Of a DNA stretch of 64,000 nt, positions 8,099 to 18,586 are shown in pieces. The position numbers and the translations under genes are program-made. The DNA lies in the NCBI GenBank assembly GCA_017533005.1, contig JAFXIQ010000041.1, forward strand, positions 440 through 64,439, read 5' to 3'. The notes beneath the pieces are model-generated. The model made no database searches. It had not been told where the DNA came from and saw nothing but the letters and a program-made list of their open reading frames with translations. Numbering within the stretch: the first letter of the stretch is position 1; each line of letters opens with the position of its first letter. Origin of the DNA: Clostridia bacterium. Lineage in GTDB: Bacteria; Bacillota; Clostridia; Christensenellales; DTU072.

Positions 8099-8512
8099 TT
8101 ACTCCTTGCAATATTTTTTAATAAAGTCGGGTAGCTCGTCATAGTCGCATGAAATCGTCAAAGTGAACGTTGCTTCCGTCTTTTGTGAAATTTGTTCTAG
8201 TCTTGTGAAGAACTCGCCCATTTCTGGGATTGGTTTGCCTATCATTCTTGTTGCTCCGTCTATGAAGAAGAAACGGATATCGTAATTTGCTTCTAGCATT
8301 CCTTGAATGAAACCGATTAGTCCATCTTCAGATGCTATCTTACTTTCTTTTGAGTTTGTGAAACGGATTTGGTATTTGATGTCGTGAATGTATCTCGACG
8401 TATCTGCAATGAAGACGATGTCTCCGAGCTCTTTAGCAATACTTCCGTTTGCTTTTTCGATTATTGTCTTGGTTTTACCTGAACCTTTTGCGCCGTAAAT
8501 AATTTCAATCAT
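8099..8512 (-). CDS. Small P-loop NTPase of unknown function
   Basis: 137 aa. Walker A GAKGSGKT and Walker B-like FFFIDG. Its stop lies 2 nt before the thrC start. Confidence 0.6.
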   Translation of the reverse strand: MIEIIYGAKGSGKTKTIIEKANGSIAKELGDIVFIADTSRYIHDIKYQIRFTNSKESKIASEDGLIGFIQGMLEANYDIRFFFIDGATRMIGKPIPEMGEFFTRLEQISQKTEATFTLTISCDYDELPDFIKKYCKE

Positions 8513-8544
8513 TTAATTCCTCGCATTTATTTCGTGTTACCTAT

Positions 8545-8572
8545 ATTGTAACACCTTTTTTATAAAATTCAA
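8545..8572 (-). promoter_or_regulatory. Candidate sigma-A promoter for the P-loop-thrC-trpS operon
   Basis: On the minus strand: TTGAAT (8572-8567), 16-nt spacer, TACAAT (8550-8545). Confidence 0.45.
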
Positions 8573-8600
8573 GGGGTAATTTAATTTTGATTACTAATTA

Positions 8601-10010
8601 TTAACTCTTTTTGTTAACGCCCTTGAAAAGCTTTCTTAATCTTTGTGGAGCTAGCCTATGAATTATGTCGATAATCTCTTCATCAGCAATTGCTGTTATT
8701 CTTCCTGCTTCGAATTGTTCGTCGATAGCTTCTTTAATGTTAGCTACAAGCTCGTCTCTCTTATCGAACTTTTGGCTGTCGTCAAGTTTAAAGTATGAAT
8801 TTAGCCAAAATGCAATTCCTGCTGTTCCGGAGTGCGCGTCTATAGAAACAAGTGGTGGTCTATTCAATATCTTTTCAGTGTTGAAAATATTGTAAATTTC
8901 TTGGTCCTTAAGCATTCCATCTGCGTGAATACCTGCCTTGGTTAGGTTAAAGCTCTTACCTACGAAAGGTGTTCTCGGGGGAATTTTATATCCGATGTTC
9001 TTCTCGAAGTATTCGGCTATTTCTGTTATAACAGATAGGTCCATACCATCGGTTGTGCCACGCAAAGAAGTGTATTCTATTGCCATAGCTTCTAGCGGGC
9101 AGTTACCCGTTCTCTCGCCAATACCGAGTAGCGAACAGTTAACGCCACTAGCACCGTATAGCCAAGCTGTAGTCGCGTTGGTAACGACCTTGTAGAAATC
9201 GTTATGACCGTGCCATTCAAGTAGTGACGATGGAATTTCTGCGTAGTGCTTAAGTCCATAAATGATACCTTGAACGCTTCTTGGCAAAGCAGCGCCCGGA
9301 TAGCTAACGCCGTAACCCAAGGTGTCGCAACATCTAATTTTGATTGGCATTCCCGATTCGTCCATAAGTTCTTTAAGTGCAGAAGCAAATGGAACAACGA
9401 AACCGTAATAGTCGGCACGTGTGATATCTTCGAAGTGGCAACGTGGACGAACGCCTATGGAAATAGCGTCTTTGATGACTGATAAATACTTCTCCATAGC
9501 TTCTCTACGCGTTAGGTGCATTTTCTTAAAAATGTGATAATCGGAACACGAAACTAGGATTCCGGTTTCCTTAAGTCCCATTTCCTTGACAAGTTGGAAG
9601 TCCTTTTTCGATGCTCTAATCCAGCTAGTTACCTCTGGAAAGTCAAGTCCTAAATCTTGACATCTGCAAACTGCTTCTTTATCTTTATCAGAGTAAATAA
9701 AGAATTCGCTTTGTCTAATAAGCCCTTTAGGTCCACCTAGTTTATTCATTAACTTGTATAGGTCTACGATTTGGTCAACCGAGAACGGTGCTTGTGATTG
9801 TTGTCCGTCACGGAACGTCGTATCGGTTATCCATATATCCTCTGGGCACAACATAGGAACGTGAGTAAAGTTAAAGAGAGTTTTTGGAATACTCTCATAG
9901 TCAAACATCTCACGGAAGAGTTGAGGCTCATCAACGTCTTGCAATCTATGCGTAAAGTTATGCGTTTCTAGAAGATTTCTAGTAGGATTGTAAAAAATTT
10001 TTTCTTTCAT
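8601..10010 (-). CDS. HMGL-family 2-oxoacid:acyl-CoA condensing enzyme (homocitrate/Re-citrate synthase-like)
   Basis: 469 aa. TDTTFRDGQQ metal/substrate motif and a HxH-type motif (EWHGHND) of the pyruvate carboxyltransferase fold. The exact substrate cannot be decided from sequence by eye. Confidence 0.65.
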   Translation of the reverse strand: MKEKIFYNPTRNLLETHNFTHRLQDVDEPQLFREMFDYESIPKTLFNFTHVPMLCPEDIWITDTTFRDGQQSQAPFSVDQIVDLYKLMNKLGGPKGLIRQSEFFIYSDKDKEAVCRCQDLGLDFPEVTSWIRASKKDFQLVKEMGLKETGILVSCSDYHIFKKMHLTRREAMEKYLSVIKDAISIGVRPRCHFEDITRADYYGFVVPFASALKELMDESGMPIKIRCCDTLGYGVSYPGAALPRSVQGIIYGLKHYAEIPSSLLEWHGHNDFYKVVTNATTAWLYGASGVNCSLLGIGERTGNCPLEAMAIEYTSLRGTTDGMDLSVITEIAEYFEKNIGYKIPPRTPFVGKSFNLTKAGIHADGMLKDQEIYNIFNTEKILNRPPLVSIDAHSGTAGIAFWLNSYFKLDDSQKFDKRDELVANIKEAIDEQFEAGRITAIADEEIIDIIHRLAPQRLRKLFKGVNKKS

Positions 10011-10021
10011 TTGTATTCACC

Positions 10022-11089
10022 TTAATCTTGAATATCACTGAGTTTTGCATTTTGGTCTGCAAGTGCGAGAGCTTCTACCATTTCGAACATATCACCATCC
10101 AAGAAGTCGGGTAGGTTATATAACGTTAAACCTATTCTATGGTCGGAAACTCTGCCTTGTGGATAGTTGTAGGTTCTAATTCTTTCCGAACGGTCGCCTG
10201 TTCCTACTTGGCTTCTTCTGTTCTCTGCGTATTCCTTATCTTTCATTGTTTGGAAGTGGTCGTAAAGTCTACTCTTCATAACGCGCCAAGCTTTATCACG
10301 GTTTTTGATTTGTGAACGCTCATCTTGGCATTCAACGACGATACCCGTGGGTAAGTGTGTTATACGAACTGCAGATTCCGTCTTATTAACGTGTTGTCCG
10401 CCTGCACCACCACTTCTGTAAGTGTCGATTTTGAAGTCCTTTTCATTAAAATCAATGTCTACGTCCTCTGCCTCGGGAAGAACTGCTACCGTTGCAGTAG
10501 AAGTATGTACCCTACCTTGGCTCTCGGTTTCGGGAACTCTTTGTACGCGGTGAACTCCACTCTCGTATTTCATTTTTGAATATGCGCCTAGACCTTTTAT
10601 CATGAAGGTAGCTTCTTTCGTGCCACCTAGCTCGGTCATATTGACGCTCATATCTTCAACTTTCCAACGAAGTCTTTCTGCAAAACGATGATACATTCTC
10701 ATGAGCTCGGTTGCAAAAAGCATAGATTCTTCGCCACCTGCACCACCACGGATTTCGATAATAACGTTTTTGTCGTCCATAGGGTCCTTGGGGATAAGTA
10801 GAATTTTCAATTCTTCAACTTGTTTTTCACGAGCTTCTTTGACGTCGTAATACTCTAATCTTGCGAGTTCTGCCATTTCCTTGTCATCGCTATTCATCAT
10901 TTCTTGACATTCATCCATTTCGGAGCTCATCTTCAAATAAACCTCATAAGCCTCGATTATAGGTTGAAGTTGAGAATGTTCTTTAACAAGCTTTTTCCAT
11001 TCTTCTTGTTTTGCTACTACTTCGGGTTGTCCTATGAGTTCGGAAACTTCATAGTAGCGCTTTCTCATTGTTTCTAATCTCTCAAACAT
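10022..11089 (-). CDS. prfA: Peptide chain release factor 1
   Basis: 355 aa with the GGQ motif ([17 protein letters not shown]). The PxT-type RF1 region is present. Confidence 0.97.
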   Translation of the reverse strand: MFERLETMRKRYYEVSELIGQPEVVAKQEEWKKLVKEHSQLQPIIEAYEVYLKMSSEMDECQEMMNSDDKEMAELARLEYYDVKEAREKQVEELKILLIPKDPMDDKNVIIEIRGGAGGEESMLFATELMRMYHRFAERLRWKVEDMSVNMTELGGTKEATFMIKGLGAYSKMKYESGVHRVQRVPETESQGRVHTSTATVAVLPEAEDVDIDFNEKDFKIDTYRSGGAGGQHVNKTESAVRITHLPTGIVVECQDERSQIKNRDKAWRVMKSRLYDHFQTMKDKEYAENRRSQVGTGDRSERIRTYNYPQGRVSDHRIGLTLYNLPDFLDGDMFEMVEALALADQNAKLSDIQD

Positions 11090-11096
11090 AATTCCT

Positions 11097-12881
11097 CTAC
11101 TTGATTACTACGACTCTTTCTATTTGGGGTTCGTTGTAATCCTTAATTATCTCTATTTCGCCGTCAAAAAGCTCGCTAACGGCATGTGCTTCACCGATAC
11201 CTACTTCAAGTGCAACGGCGCCACCTTCATTCAAATAATTCTTGTATTCAAGAGCTATCTTTCTATAAAAATCAAGTCCGTCTTCACCACCGTCAAGCGC
11301 GAGCATCGGCTCGAAATCTTTGACTTCCTTGTCAAGAGTTTCTATATCCTTACTTGGAATATAAGGTGGGTTAGCGACTATAATATCGAACTTTCTTCCC
11401 ATCACTGCATTGAATAGGTCCCCCTCGATAAATTCCACTTCTGCGTGCAATTTCTCGCTATTTTCTCTAGCTACGCTAAGTGCGTCTGCACTAATATCCG
11501 TAGCTACAACCGTAGCGTTCGTATTCAATTTAACAGTTATTGCGACTGCACCTGAACCCGTGCAAAGCTCTAAAATTTGTGGGTTTTCATAACCTTTTGC
11601 TAGGTTTATTACCTTTTCAGCTAAAATTTCGGTATCAAATCTTGGAATAAGCACGCTCTCGTTCACTTTAAAATCGTATCCGTAAAAATTGGTGCTACCC
11701 ATTGCGTATTGCAAAGGCATTCCACTTTCTTTTACCTTCGTTAGAATTTCTTTGGCTTTTTCAAAAGTAGTAGACGGTATTTTCTTAAGTTCTTTGAGTT
11801 CGTTCAAATTGTTAGTACCGGTTACGTTCATTAAAACTAGATTTACGTTGTTTTCGTTGTCACAAACGGGTTTCAAATCTTCATAAACCTTTTCTAATGT
11901 AAAGAAAGTCGTAAACTTGCTTGTAGGCATATCGGGATTTTCTTCCATTGCCATAACCGTTTTGAATGCTACGATAGCTACTTCGACCATACTATCGTCG
12001 GGCTCTTTGGTGGTTAGTTTTTGGAATAGTAAACCTGGTGCTTTACAAATTTTAACGAAAATATTATCGAACTTTGCAAACAACTTCAAGAATTCGTAAC
12101 TGATTCCTGCGATTAAAGGTAAGAATGCAATTCTTATTAACGCGTTGAAAATCGCAACTTCGTGCCACTTAAATAGTGAGAAGAACAAAATAGACACTAC
12201 CATTACGATAACTACGAACGTAGTTCCACATCTATCGTGAACGGTAGTCATTTTTTGCGCATTTTCTACGGTAAGCTCTAGTCCGTGTTCATAACAGCTG
12301 ATAACCTTATGTTCAGCTCCGTGATAACGGAAAAGTCTTTTAATCTCTTTCATCTGACTAGCAAGCGAGATATACGCTACGAATATGAGTATTTTTATGA
12401 CACCCTGCGTCAAGCTAGGAATAAAGTTTCTCCAAAACTCGCCTAAAGAACTCAAATCAATGAGCATATAAAGACCTTTCGTGGCGTACGTTGGTAGCAA
12501 TACGAATAACGCTACTGCAAGCAATAATCCTAGGACTAATCCTATGCCACCTGCAAGCTTAACTGCGTCTATTTTGAAGGTCTTTGCTATCCATAAATCG
12601 AATTTCGTGGGTTCGTCTTGCATATCGTCGCCGTAAACTTCCGTCGCTCTCATGAGCGTCTTCGTTCCGGAAATCATGCTTACGACAAAATTGCAAACGC
12701 CCCTTATTATGGGCACGCGGAATATCCAAGACTTCTTCGCTAAAGGTTCAAACCTTTCGCTTTCGACTTGGATGTTGCCATAAGGGTCACGGACCGCCGT
12801 CGCTGATACGCTACTTCCGCGCATCATTACTCCTTCTAAAACGGCTTGTCCACCTATGTTACTGCAGTTCTTTCTCGCCAT
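11097..12881 (-). CDS. prmC: Fusion protein: DUF1385 membrane domain + release-factor glutamine methyltransferase PrmC/HemK
   Basis: 594 aa. The N-terminal ~315 aa carry [13 protein letters not shown] and HGAEHK, which are DUF1385 hallmarks. The C-terminal ~270 aa carry [32 protein letters not shown] and NPPY. Confidence 0.85.
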   Translation of the reverse strand: MARKNCSNIGGQAVLEGVMMRGSSVSATAVRDPYGNIQVESERFEPLAKKSWIFRVPIIRGVCNFVVSMISGTKTLMRATEVYGDDMQDEPTKFDLWIAKTFKIDAVKLAGGIGLVLGLLLAVALFVLLPTYATKGLYMLIDLSSLGEFWRNFIPSLTQGVIKILIFVAYISLASQMKEIKRLFRYHGAEHKVISCYEHGLELTVENAQKMTTVHDRCGTTFVVIVMVVSILFFSLFKWHEVAIFNALIRIAFLPLIAGISYEFLKLFAKFDNIFVKICKAPGLLFQKLTTKEPDDSMVEVAIVAFKTVMAMEENPDMPTSKFTTFFTLEKVYEDLKPVCDNENNVNLVLMNVTGTNNLNELKELKKIPSTTFEKAKEILTKVKESGMPLQYAMGSTNFYGYDFKVNESVLIPRFDTEILAEKVINLAKGYENPQILELCTGSGAVAITVKLNTNATVVATDISADALSVARENSEKLHAEVEFIEGDLFNAVMGRKFDIIVANPPYIPSKDIETLDKEVKDFEPMLALDGGEDGLDFYRKIALEYKNYLNEGGAVALEVGIGEAHAVSELFDGEIEIIKDYNEPQIERVVVIK

Positions 12882-12905
12882 TGTCTAAATCAAAAATGTT
12901 TTAAT

Positions 12906-12939
12906 TAGAAAAATAGGTGCAAGTTACCACTGCACCTAT
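12906..12939 (-). terminator. Rho-independent terminator after rpmE
   Basis: Stem ATAGGTGCA (12913-12921) pairs with TGCACCTAT (12931-12939). A U run follows on the minus strand. Confidence 0.7.
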
Positions 12940-12953
12940 TTCTTGTTTCTAGT

Positions 12954-13160
12954 TTAGTTCATGCCGTAACGCTTGCGGAATTTGTCTACTCTGCCACCAG
13001 TGTCAACAATTTTTTGTTTGCCAGTGTAGAAAGGATGGCATTGATTGCAAATGTCAACTTTTAGAACATCAACATTTTTTGTAGTGCCAGCACGGAAAGT
13101 TGCTCCGCATGCACAAACTACATCTACGATTTTGTAGTTAGGATGTATTTTCTCTTTCAT
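12954..13160 (-). CDS. rpmE: 50S ribosomal protein L31
   Basis: 68 aa: MKEKIHPNY...CACG...[13 protein letters not shown]. Confidence 0.95.
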   Translation of the reverse strand: MKEKIHPNYKIVDVVCACGATFRAGTTKNVDVLKVDICNQCHPFYTGKQKIVDTGGRVDKFRKRYGMN

Positions 13161-13196
13161 TTCTATTACCTCTACTTGGGATTTAAGTGCTTATTT

Positions 13197-13225
13197 ATTA
13201 TATTTATATAAATTAATATTGTCAA
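13197..13225 (-). promoter_or_regulatory. Sigma-A-type promoter of rpmE
   Basis: Minus strand: TTGACA (13225-13220), 17 nt, TATAAT (13202-13197). Confidence 0.6.
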
Positions 13226-13260
13226 CTGTTTTATAGACAATTATTCCAAATTAAATTAAT

Positions 13261-14256
13261 TTACACGTTAATCAGTGCGCAAACATACCTTTGTGGCTCT
13301 TCCGACATTTCTTTGAATAGCGCAGGAGCTTCTTCGAAGGATATCTTCTTATCAATTACGCCGTCGAATTTGACGAGCTTTTGAGCAAGCACGTTAACAG
13401 CCGAAGTAAATTCTTTATCACCCCTAGCAACACCAGAGAAGGTTAAATTTTTCTTAGCGATTTGCGCTAGGTCAACGTCCATTCTCGGGAAATAGGTACT
13501 GCTCAAACCTACCATAACGCAATTTCCACTTATTGCCGTCAATAAGCTAATATAATTAGGCGAAACGCCCGGTAAAGCGTGAATAATCGTATGGTCTGCC
13601 ATTCTACCACCGGTTATATCAAGAACACGTCTTTGTACGTTATCACGGCTATCGTTAATCGTGTAATACACGCCGTGGCTATCGGCTAGTTCTAGATATC
13701 TATCATCGCTAGAAACCAAAATGGGAATGGCTTGATAATATAAAGCAAGTTGAGCTATAACAAGATTCAAAACCGAACCACCAAGTATAGCAATATAATC
13801 GCCTTTTTGAACGTCAAGCTTGTTGAGCGCGTTAAGTGCAATAGCGATAACGTCGACAAAAACGGCTTCATCTTCTTTTACATCTTCTGGGAAAGGTATA
13901 ATATTGTCAATGGGTAAAGAAATGAAGTTTCTCAAAAAGCCATCGTCGTTTATTCCATAAACGCCTAATTCCGTATAACCGTCTTCGTCTGCGGAATTGA
14001 GAATATACGGATTGAGAAGCACCTTAGAGCCTCTCTTAAGTCCATACTCAGGTCTATCTTCGCTAACGACCGCAGTAGCTAGCCTACAAGGTGCTACGGG
14101 ATAGTTAATCTCTAGCTTACCTTCGTAAACGGCAACGTCCGACATCGTTGGAAATATAGTTTCGATTTTAAGTTTGACGAGACCATTTTCTTCTTCAGTA
14201 GCAGGTATATCCAATACTTCGAAGCCTCTGTTTCCCGTTGCTTTTAAAATTCTCAT
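13261..14256 (-). CDS. MDR-superfamily (alcohol dehydrogenase-like) oxidoreductase
   Basis: I prefer ATG 14256 (MRILKATGN...) with AGGAG upstream. A GroES-like N-terminus is followed by a Rossmann region (IAILGGSVLNLVIAQLA). I did not see the canonical catalytic-Zn Cys/His ligands. Confidence 0.6.
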   Translation of the reverse strand: MRILKATGNRGFEVLDIPATEEENGLVKLKIETIFPTMSDVAVYEGKLEINYPVAPCRLATAVVSEDRPEYGLKRGSKVLLNPYILNSADEDGYTELGVYGINDDGFLRNFISLPIDNIIPFPEDVKEDEAVFVDVIAIALNALNKLDVQKGDYIAILGGSVLNLVIAQLALYYQAIPILVSSDDRYLELADSHGVYYTINDSRDNVQRRVLDITGGRMADHTIIHALPGVSPNYISLLTAISGNCVMVGLSSTYFPRMDVDLAQIAKKNLTFSGVARGDKEFTSAVNVLAQKLVKFDGVIDKKISFEEAPALFKEMSEEPQRYVCALINV

Positions 14257-14320
14257 GTGCACTCCTAAAACTGCGATGTGAGAATTATAACACTTATTAC
14301 ACAAAAACGCAAGTTAAAAT

Positions 14321-15679
14321 TTATATGAGTACGTCCACAAGCCTATCAACGTCGCCAGCGCCTAAAACAAGCAAAATCTCGCCTTCCTTTAAACTAGCAA
14401 CAAGTTCCTTCGCTAAACTAATAATGTTATCGAAGTAAAAAGCCCTCCCCGAATACTCTTTTTTCACTTCTTCAAAAAGTTCATATGCAGATTTACCACC
14501 TCGGCTTTCCCGTGCGCCGTACTCTTTGATAACGTAAACCTCGTCGGCGCACCTTAACACACCGACAAACTCATCAAATAACGCTTCAGTACGAGAAAAG
14601 GTGTGTGGCTGAAACACAAGCTTTACCTTGCTCTCCGTGAGCTCTTTTACCGTATCGAATACAGCTCGTATTTCGGTAGGATGATGTGCGTAGTCAACGT
14701 ACACTTTTGCCCCGTTAACTTTTCCCCTATATTGCAATCTTCTCTCTACGCCCTTAAAGCTCTCTAGCCCCTTAACAACGTTACACTCGTCAATGCCAAG
14801 AGCCATACAAGTTGCGTATACGGCTAGCGCGTTCATAACGTTATATTTCCCTGCAACATTCAAGTTTATATATGATTTGGGTTGCCCTTCGTATCTAACA
14901 CGGAACCCATAACAGCCGTTTTTATGTTTTATCAATTGGTCGTACGTGCAGTCGAGATTAATATCGTCGCCATAACTGCAGATAGGAACGTATGCACATT
15001 TGTGCATATTATAAACGTCGGTTTCATTATGCAAAATCAATCTACCACGATTGTTTATTTTTGAGCCGAACACCATATACGTGTCTATAAGTTCTTGCTT
15101 GTTTTTGTATGAATCAGGATGGTCGAATTCTGTAGAAGTTATAACTGCCACATCAGGATTTAAAGCTAAAAACGAGCGTTTGTATTCACAAGCTTCGGTT
15201 ATAAAAGTGTCATACCCCTTATAAACAATATTTCCTAATCCGATTGCATCGCCACCAATATGCGCAGTGAATTTTTCGCCTGCTACTAAAAAAACATTCG
15301 CTAGCATCGCTGTTATAGTCGTCTTGCCGTGGCTACCTGAAATTGCAACTACTCGCCCGTAGTCGCTAGCTATTTTCGACAAAAATATATCTCTTCTTAT
15401 CGTGGGTATTTTATTTTTTCTAGCATATATAAGCTCAACGTTTTCTTCATTTATAGATTGCGTATATACGATTAAATTTGCGTTACGCGCGTTACTTTCT
15501 TCGTGGCCTAGAAAAATTTTTCCACCCATTTCTATTATTTCCTGCAAGCGCGTATTCCATACGGCGTCACTTCCAGACACTTCGTGCCCTAAAAAAATCA
15601 TAAGTTTAGCGAGTGCTGACATACTTACTCCACCTATGCCTATAAAATGTATGCGACTAAAAGAGCTAATTTTCGACAT
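14321..15679 (-). CDS. murC: UDP-N-acetylmuramate--L-alanine ligase
   Basis: 452 aa. HFIGIGGVSMSALA N-terminus and the Mur-ligase P-loop ISGSHGKTT. Confidence 0.93.
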   Translation of the reverse strand: MSKISSFSRIHFIGIGGVSMSALAKLMIFLGHEVSGSDAVWNTRLQEIIEMGGKIFLGHEESNARNANLIVYTQSINEENVELIYARKNKIPTIRRDIFLSKIASDYGRVVAISGSHGKTTITAMLANVFLVAGEKFTAHIGGDAIGLGNIVYKGYDTFITEACEYKRSFLALNPDVAVITSTEFDHPDSYKNKQELIDTYMVFGSKINNRGRLILHNETDVYNMHKCAYVPICSYGDDINLDCTYDQLIKHKNGCYGFRVRYEGQPKSYINLNVAGKYNVMNALAVYATCMALGIDECNVVKGLESFKGVERRLQYRGKVNGAKVYVDYAHHPTEIRAVFDTVKELTESKVKLVFQPHTFSRTEALFDEFVGVLRCADEVYVIKEYGARESRGGKSAYELFEEVKKEYSGRAFYFDNIISLAKELVASLKEGEILLVLGAGDVDRLVDVLI

Positions 15680-15784
15680 ATTTATTTATATGCTTTCACT
15701 TTTATAAAGTTGTCTTACTTAATAGTTTTAGATTAAAACTTTGACTTTTTCGTAAAAAATTTTACATTTTTTTAAAATTCGGTA

Positions 15785-15813
15785 TTGAAATATGAAATTT
15801 GATAATGTATAAT
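15785..15813 (+). promoter_or_regulatory. Sigma-A-type promoter of spoVG
   Basis: TTGAAA (15785-15790), 17 nt, TATAAT (15808-15813), with TG immediately upstream of the -10. Confidence 0.6.
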
Positions 15814-15840
15814 AAAATTATCTTGAATGAGAGGTGAATT

Positions 15841-16107
15841 ATGAACATTACAGATGTAAGGGTAAAGGTCATTCGCAAAGGCGAAGGCAAACTTCGCGCT
15901 GTTGCTAGCATCGTGTTCGATAACGCTTTTGTGGTTCACGACATAAAAGTCATCGAAGGAAGCAACGGTAACTTTATCGTTATGCCTTCTAGGAAGAGCC
16001 CCGACGGCGAATATCGTGACATTGCACACCCCTTGCGTAATGAAACACGCGAAGAAATTAAAGAGCTAATTTTGAACGCTTACGAAGTAGCTCTAAAAGA
16101 AGAATAG
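15841..16107 (+). CDS. spoVG: Septation protein SpoVG
   Basis: 88 aa: [64 protein letters not shown]. Confidence 0.95.
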   Translation: MNITDVRVKVIRKGEGKLRAVASIVFDNAFVVHDIKVIEGSNGNFIVMPSRKSPDGEYRDIAHPLRNETREEIKELILNAYEVALKEE

Positions 16108-16176
16108 CCCTTTTTTACAACCTATTCTCTTCGCTTCCGGTTTACTAGAAATTAGGTAACCCGTTGTGGAAAGTTT

Positions 16177-16206
16177 AAAAAAATCACCACTTTTGTGGTG
16201 ATTTTT
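16177..16206. terminator. Bidirectional terminator between spoVG and the acyl-CoA ligase
   Basis: Stem AATCACCAC pairs with GTGGTGATT, loop TTTT. An A run lies upstream and a T run downstream. Confidence 0.7.
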
Positions 16207-17769
16207 CTATTTTTCATAGTATTTATAATCAATTTTTCCGAACATCGTCATTTTCAACGACTTTTCAAAATGAAACTCTCTCGGCACGGCGTACGGGTGT
16301 AATTTGTAAGCTATTTCTTTTTCAATTTTTTTGATTAGCTCCGTATTGTCGATACCATCTTCGCTAACGACGTGCAAACTTATCAAAGCTTTTCCGTTAG
16401 CGTTATATTTGCGCGCAGCGCAACACGCTTTAATTCCATCTAACTCGCAAACTACATTTTCGATTTCACTAGGAAATACATTTATCGCACCTATTTTTAT
16501 GCTTCTCTTCTTCCTTTCTACGAAATAAAGCTTGCCGTCTATATCAAACCTACCTAAATCTCCCGTCTTCAAATAAAGCTTACCGTTCTTTTCAAAAATA
16601 ACTTCTTTTGTGGTTTCTTCATCTTTGAGATATCCGGTCATAAGCGAATTCGCGCTAACTATGATATTACCGACTTCCCCTATTTCCACGGTGTTTCCTT
16701 CATCATCAACGATTTCTATGAGATTTCCTTTCAATGGCGTACCTAGCGAACCTTTATTGGTTTTGCCGTTTTCGCCTACGCTAACCACCGAGCTCGTTTC
16801 CGTTAGACCATAGCCTTCTAGTATTTCACAGTTGCTTCCACTATCAATAAGTGATTGATTGAATTTCTCTTTAACGTCACTCGCGAGTTTATCTCCACCA
16901 CAGAATACGAATTCTAAAGTTTTGCCGTCAAAGTTGTCTTTTTCTAGCATCTTTCTATACATCGCGGGAACGCCTGCTATGTAAGTTGCCTTATATTTCT
17001 TTATCAATCTATTCGCTTTTCTTGGCCTAAACCTAGGTAGCAACACGACTTTTATGCTAGCAAGCATAGTATGCGCAACTACACCTAATCCAAATGCGTG
17101 GAATATCGGTAGCATCATAACCGTAGCGTCTTTAGCCCTGCTATAATCTCCATTAGGACGTACCGTTGTAACGATATTATTTGCTAATGAGTTCAATGCG
17201 TAGCTCGATAACATTACCGTTTTAGGCGTGCCCGTTGTGCCACCACTATGTATATAAACTGCGATTTCCGAGCCGTCGATTTCAACTGGGCTCACGCATC
17301 TATTCGGTAAAGAAATATTGAAATACGTTAACTTATGGAATAATAAACTCTCCAAACATTCCCCTACTATACCACTTGTGGAACAAATAACTACTTTTAT
17401 ACGTAATTTTTTGAAGGTATCCTTGTGCTTAAGATACAATGGTAAAAGGGTATAAACTATCTTTGTTTCTGTAAAAATTAATAGATTTTCAAGGCCTTTC
17501 TTACCCATTCTCGGGTTTATTAGGTTGCAAATCGCGTCTATGGCGTTACTAGCGTACAATGCGTAAATTGCTTCCGGAATATTAGGTAGCATTATACCTA
17601 CTACGTCGTCTTTTGTAATGCCTTGTTCACGTAAAAACTCGCCCGCTCTCAACACCGTTGAAAGTAGCTTTTCTGCCGAAATACTTCTACCGTTATAGAT
17701 AAGCATCGGCTCTTTTTTATCCGTTACGCTGTCTAGCACGTAACTATATAAGCTTTTGCGAGTTTCCAT
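16207..17769 (-). CDS. AMP-dependent synthetase/ligase (acyl-CoA ligase family)
   Basis: The track start at 17805 is a TTG; the first ATG is 17769 (METRKS...). Motifs: AMP-binding SGGTTGTPKTV, GYGLTE and TGDLG. The start choice is uncertain. Confidence 0.8.
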   Translation of the reverse strand: METRKSLYSYVLDSVTDKKEPMLIYNGRSISAEKLLSTVLRAGEFLREQGITKDDVVGIMLPNIPEAIYALYASNAIDAICNLINPRMGKKGLENLLIFTETKIVYTLLPLYLKHKDTFKKLRIKVVICSTSGIVGECLESLLFHKLTYFNISLPNRCVSPVEIDGSEIAVYIHSGGTTGTPKTVMLSSYALNSLANNIVTTVRPNGDYSRAKDATVMMLPIFHAFGLGVVAHTMLASIKVVLLPRFRPRKANRLIKKYKATYIAGVPAMYRKMLEKDNFDGKTLEFVFCGGDKLASDVKEKFNQSLIDSGSNCEILEGYGLTETSSVVSVGENGKTNKGSLGTPLKGNLIEIVDDEGNTVEIGEVGNIIVSANSLMTGYLKDEETTKEVIFEKNGKLYLKTGDLGRFDIDGKLYFVERKKRSIKIGAINVFPSEIENVVCELDGIKACCAARKYNANGKALISLHVVSEDGIDNTELIKKIEKEIAYKLHPYAVPREFHFEKSLKMTMFGKIDYKYYEK

Positions 17770-17861
17770 ATAATAAATAATACTAGAAAATATGGTATTT
17801 TGCAAGAGAAAACGTTAAGGCATATTTTTAGTTTATGCGAATAAAATATTGTGAGGTGAAA

Positions 17862-18515
17862 ATGCTATTCAAAGATATTTATAAAAAGGAAGTTATTATT
17901 ATAGAAAATGGCGAAAGTCTGGGCGTTATAACGCACGTATACGTAGATAAAAACTACGAAATCGCATACTTATCAACGCCAACTCACGCATTCAAAGTTG
18001 CTGATATGTTCGCATATAAAGACGTTGTGTTATTATCGAAAAACGTCGTACTTATAGACATATCAACTATTGCTGATATGCACCTATTAACTCTAGAAGC
18101 AAAAGTCTACGACACTAAAGGCGCCTATCTCGGTATGGTTACCGACCTTACTATATCTTGTCGCAAAAAGGAAAAGTCTTTCTTTGTCGGCGAAAGCGAA
18201 TATAAATTAAAGCATATCGTTTCTTCTAACTTGTCAACGATTATATTAAATCCTACTCTAAAAGCGCTTCCATCGGAAAAGGCTAAAAAAAATATAATTA
18301 TGGAAGAAATTTCTCTACCTTTGTCTTTTAATGCAAAAGCTGAACGCATTATCCCCGATTACAGCTTTTTAATAGGAAGAAAAGTAAGTAGCGAAATAAG
18401 CGATTTGCATCGAAATTTCGTTATCAAAAGGGGCACGGTCATAACGGAAAAAATTCTTGCATCTGCAAAACGCGCAGGCAAAATCGTTGATTTGGTTATG
18501 AAAAGTACACACTAA
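17862..18515 (+). CDS. Hypothetical protein (possibly tandem PRC-barrel-like domains)
   Basis: I prefer ATG 17862, preceded by GAGGTGA. Sequence shows VIIIENGESLGVITHVYVD and AKVYDTKGAYLGMVTDL repeats. Weak assignment. Confidence 0.45.
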   Translation: MLFKDIYKKEVIIIENGESLGVITHVYVDKNYEIAYLSTPTHAFKVADMFAYKDVVLLSKNVVLIDISTIADMHLLTLEAKVYDTKGAYLGMVTDLTISCRKKEKSFFVGESEYKLKHIVSSNLSTIILNPTLKALPSEKAKKNIIMEEISLPLSFNAKAERIIPDYSFLIGRKVSSEISDLHRNFVIKRGTVITEKILASAKRAGKIVDLVMKSTH

Positions 18516-18525
18516 TAAACGCTAT

Positions 18526-18559
18526 AAAAAAAGAAAACGCCTTTGGGCGTTTTCTTTTT
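18526..18559. terminator. Bidirectional terminator
   Basis: Stem GAAAACGCC (18533-18541) pairs with GGCGTTTTC (18546-18554). It is flanked by an A run and a T run, and sits between convergent ORFs. Confidence 0.7.
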
Positions 18560-18586
18560 ACCTCTCACGCATTAAATGCGTACCTA

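Noticed and set aside
8534-8561. Hairpin GTGTTAC/GTAACAC followed by T6 on the plus strand, between two minus-strand genes
   Set aside because: Its orientation is wrong for terminating either neighbour, and it overlaps the predicted -10 of the minus-strand promoter. It is probably incidental or at most an antisense-transcription stop.
5606-8600. Search for a T-box leader or attenuator controlling trpS/thrC
   Set aside because: The genes are separated by 0-2 nt, and the only upstream gap (8513-8600) is too short and lacks specifier or T-box sequence features.
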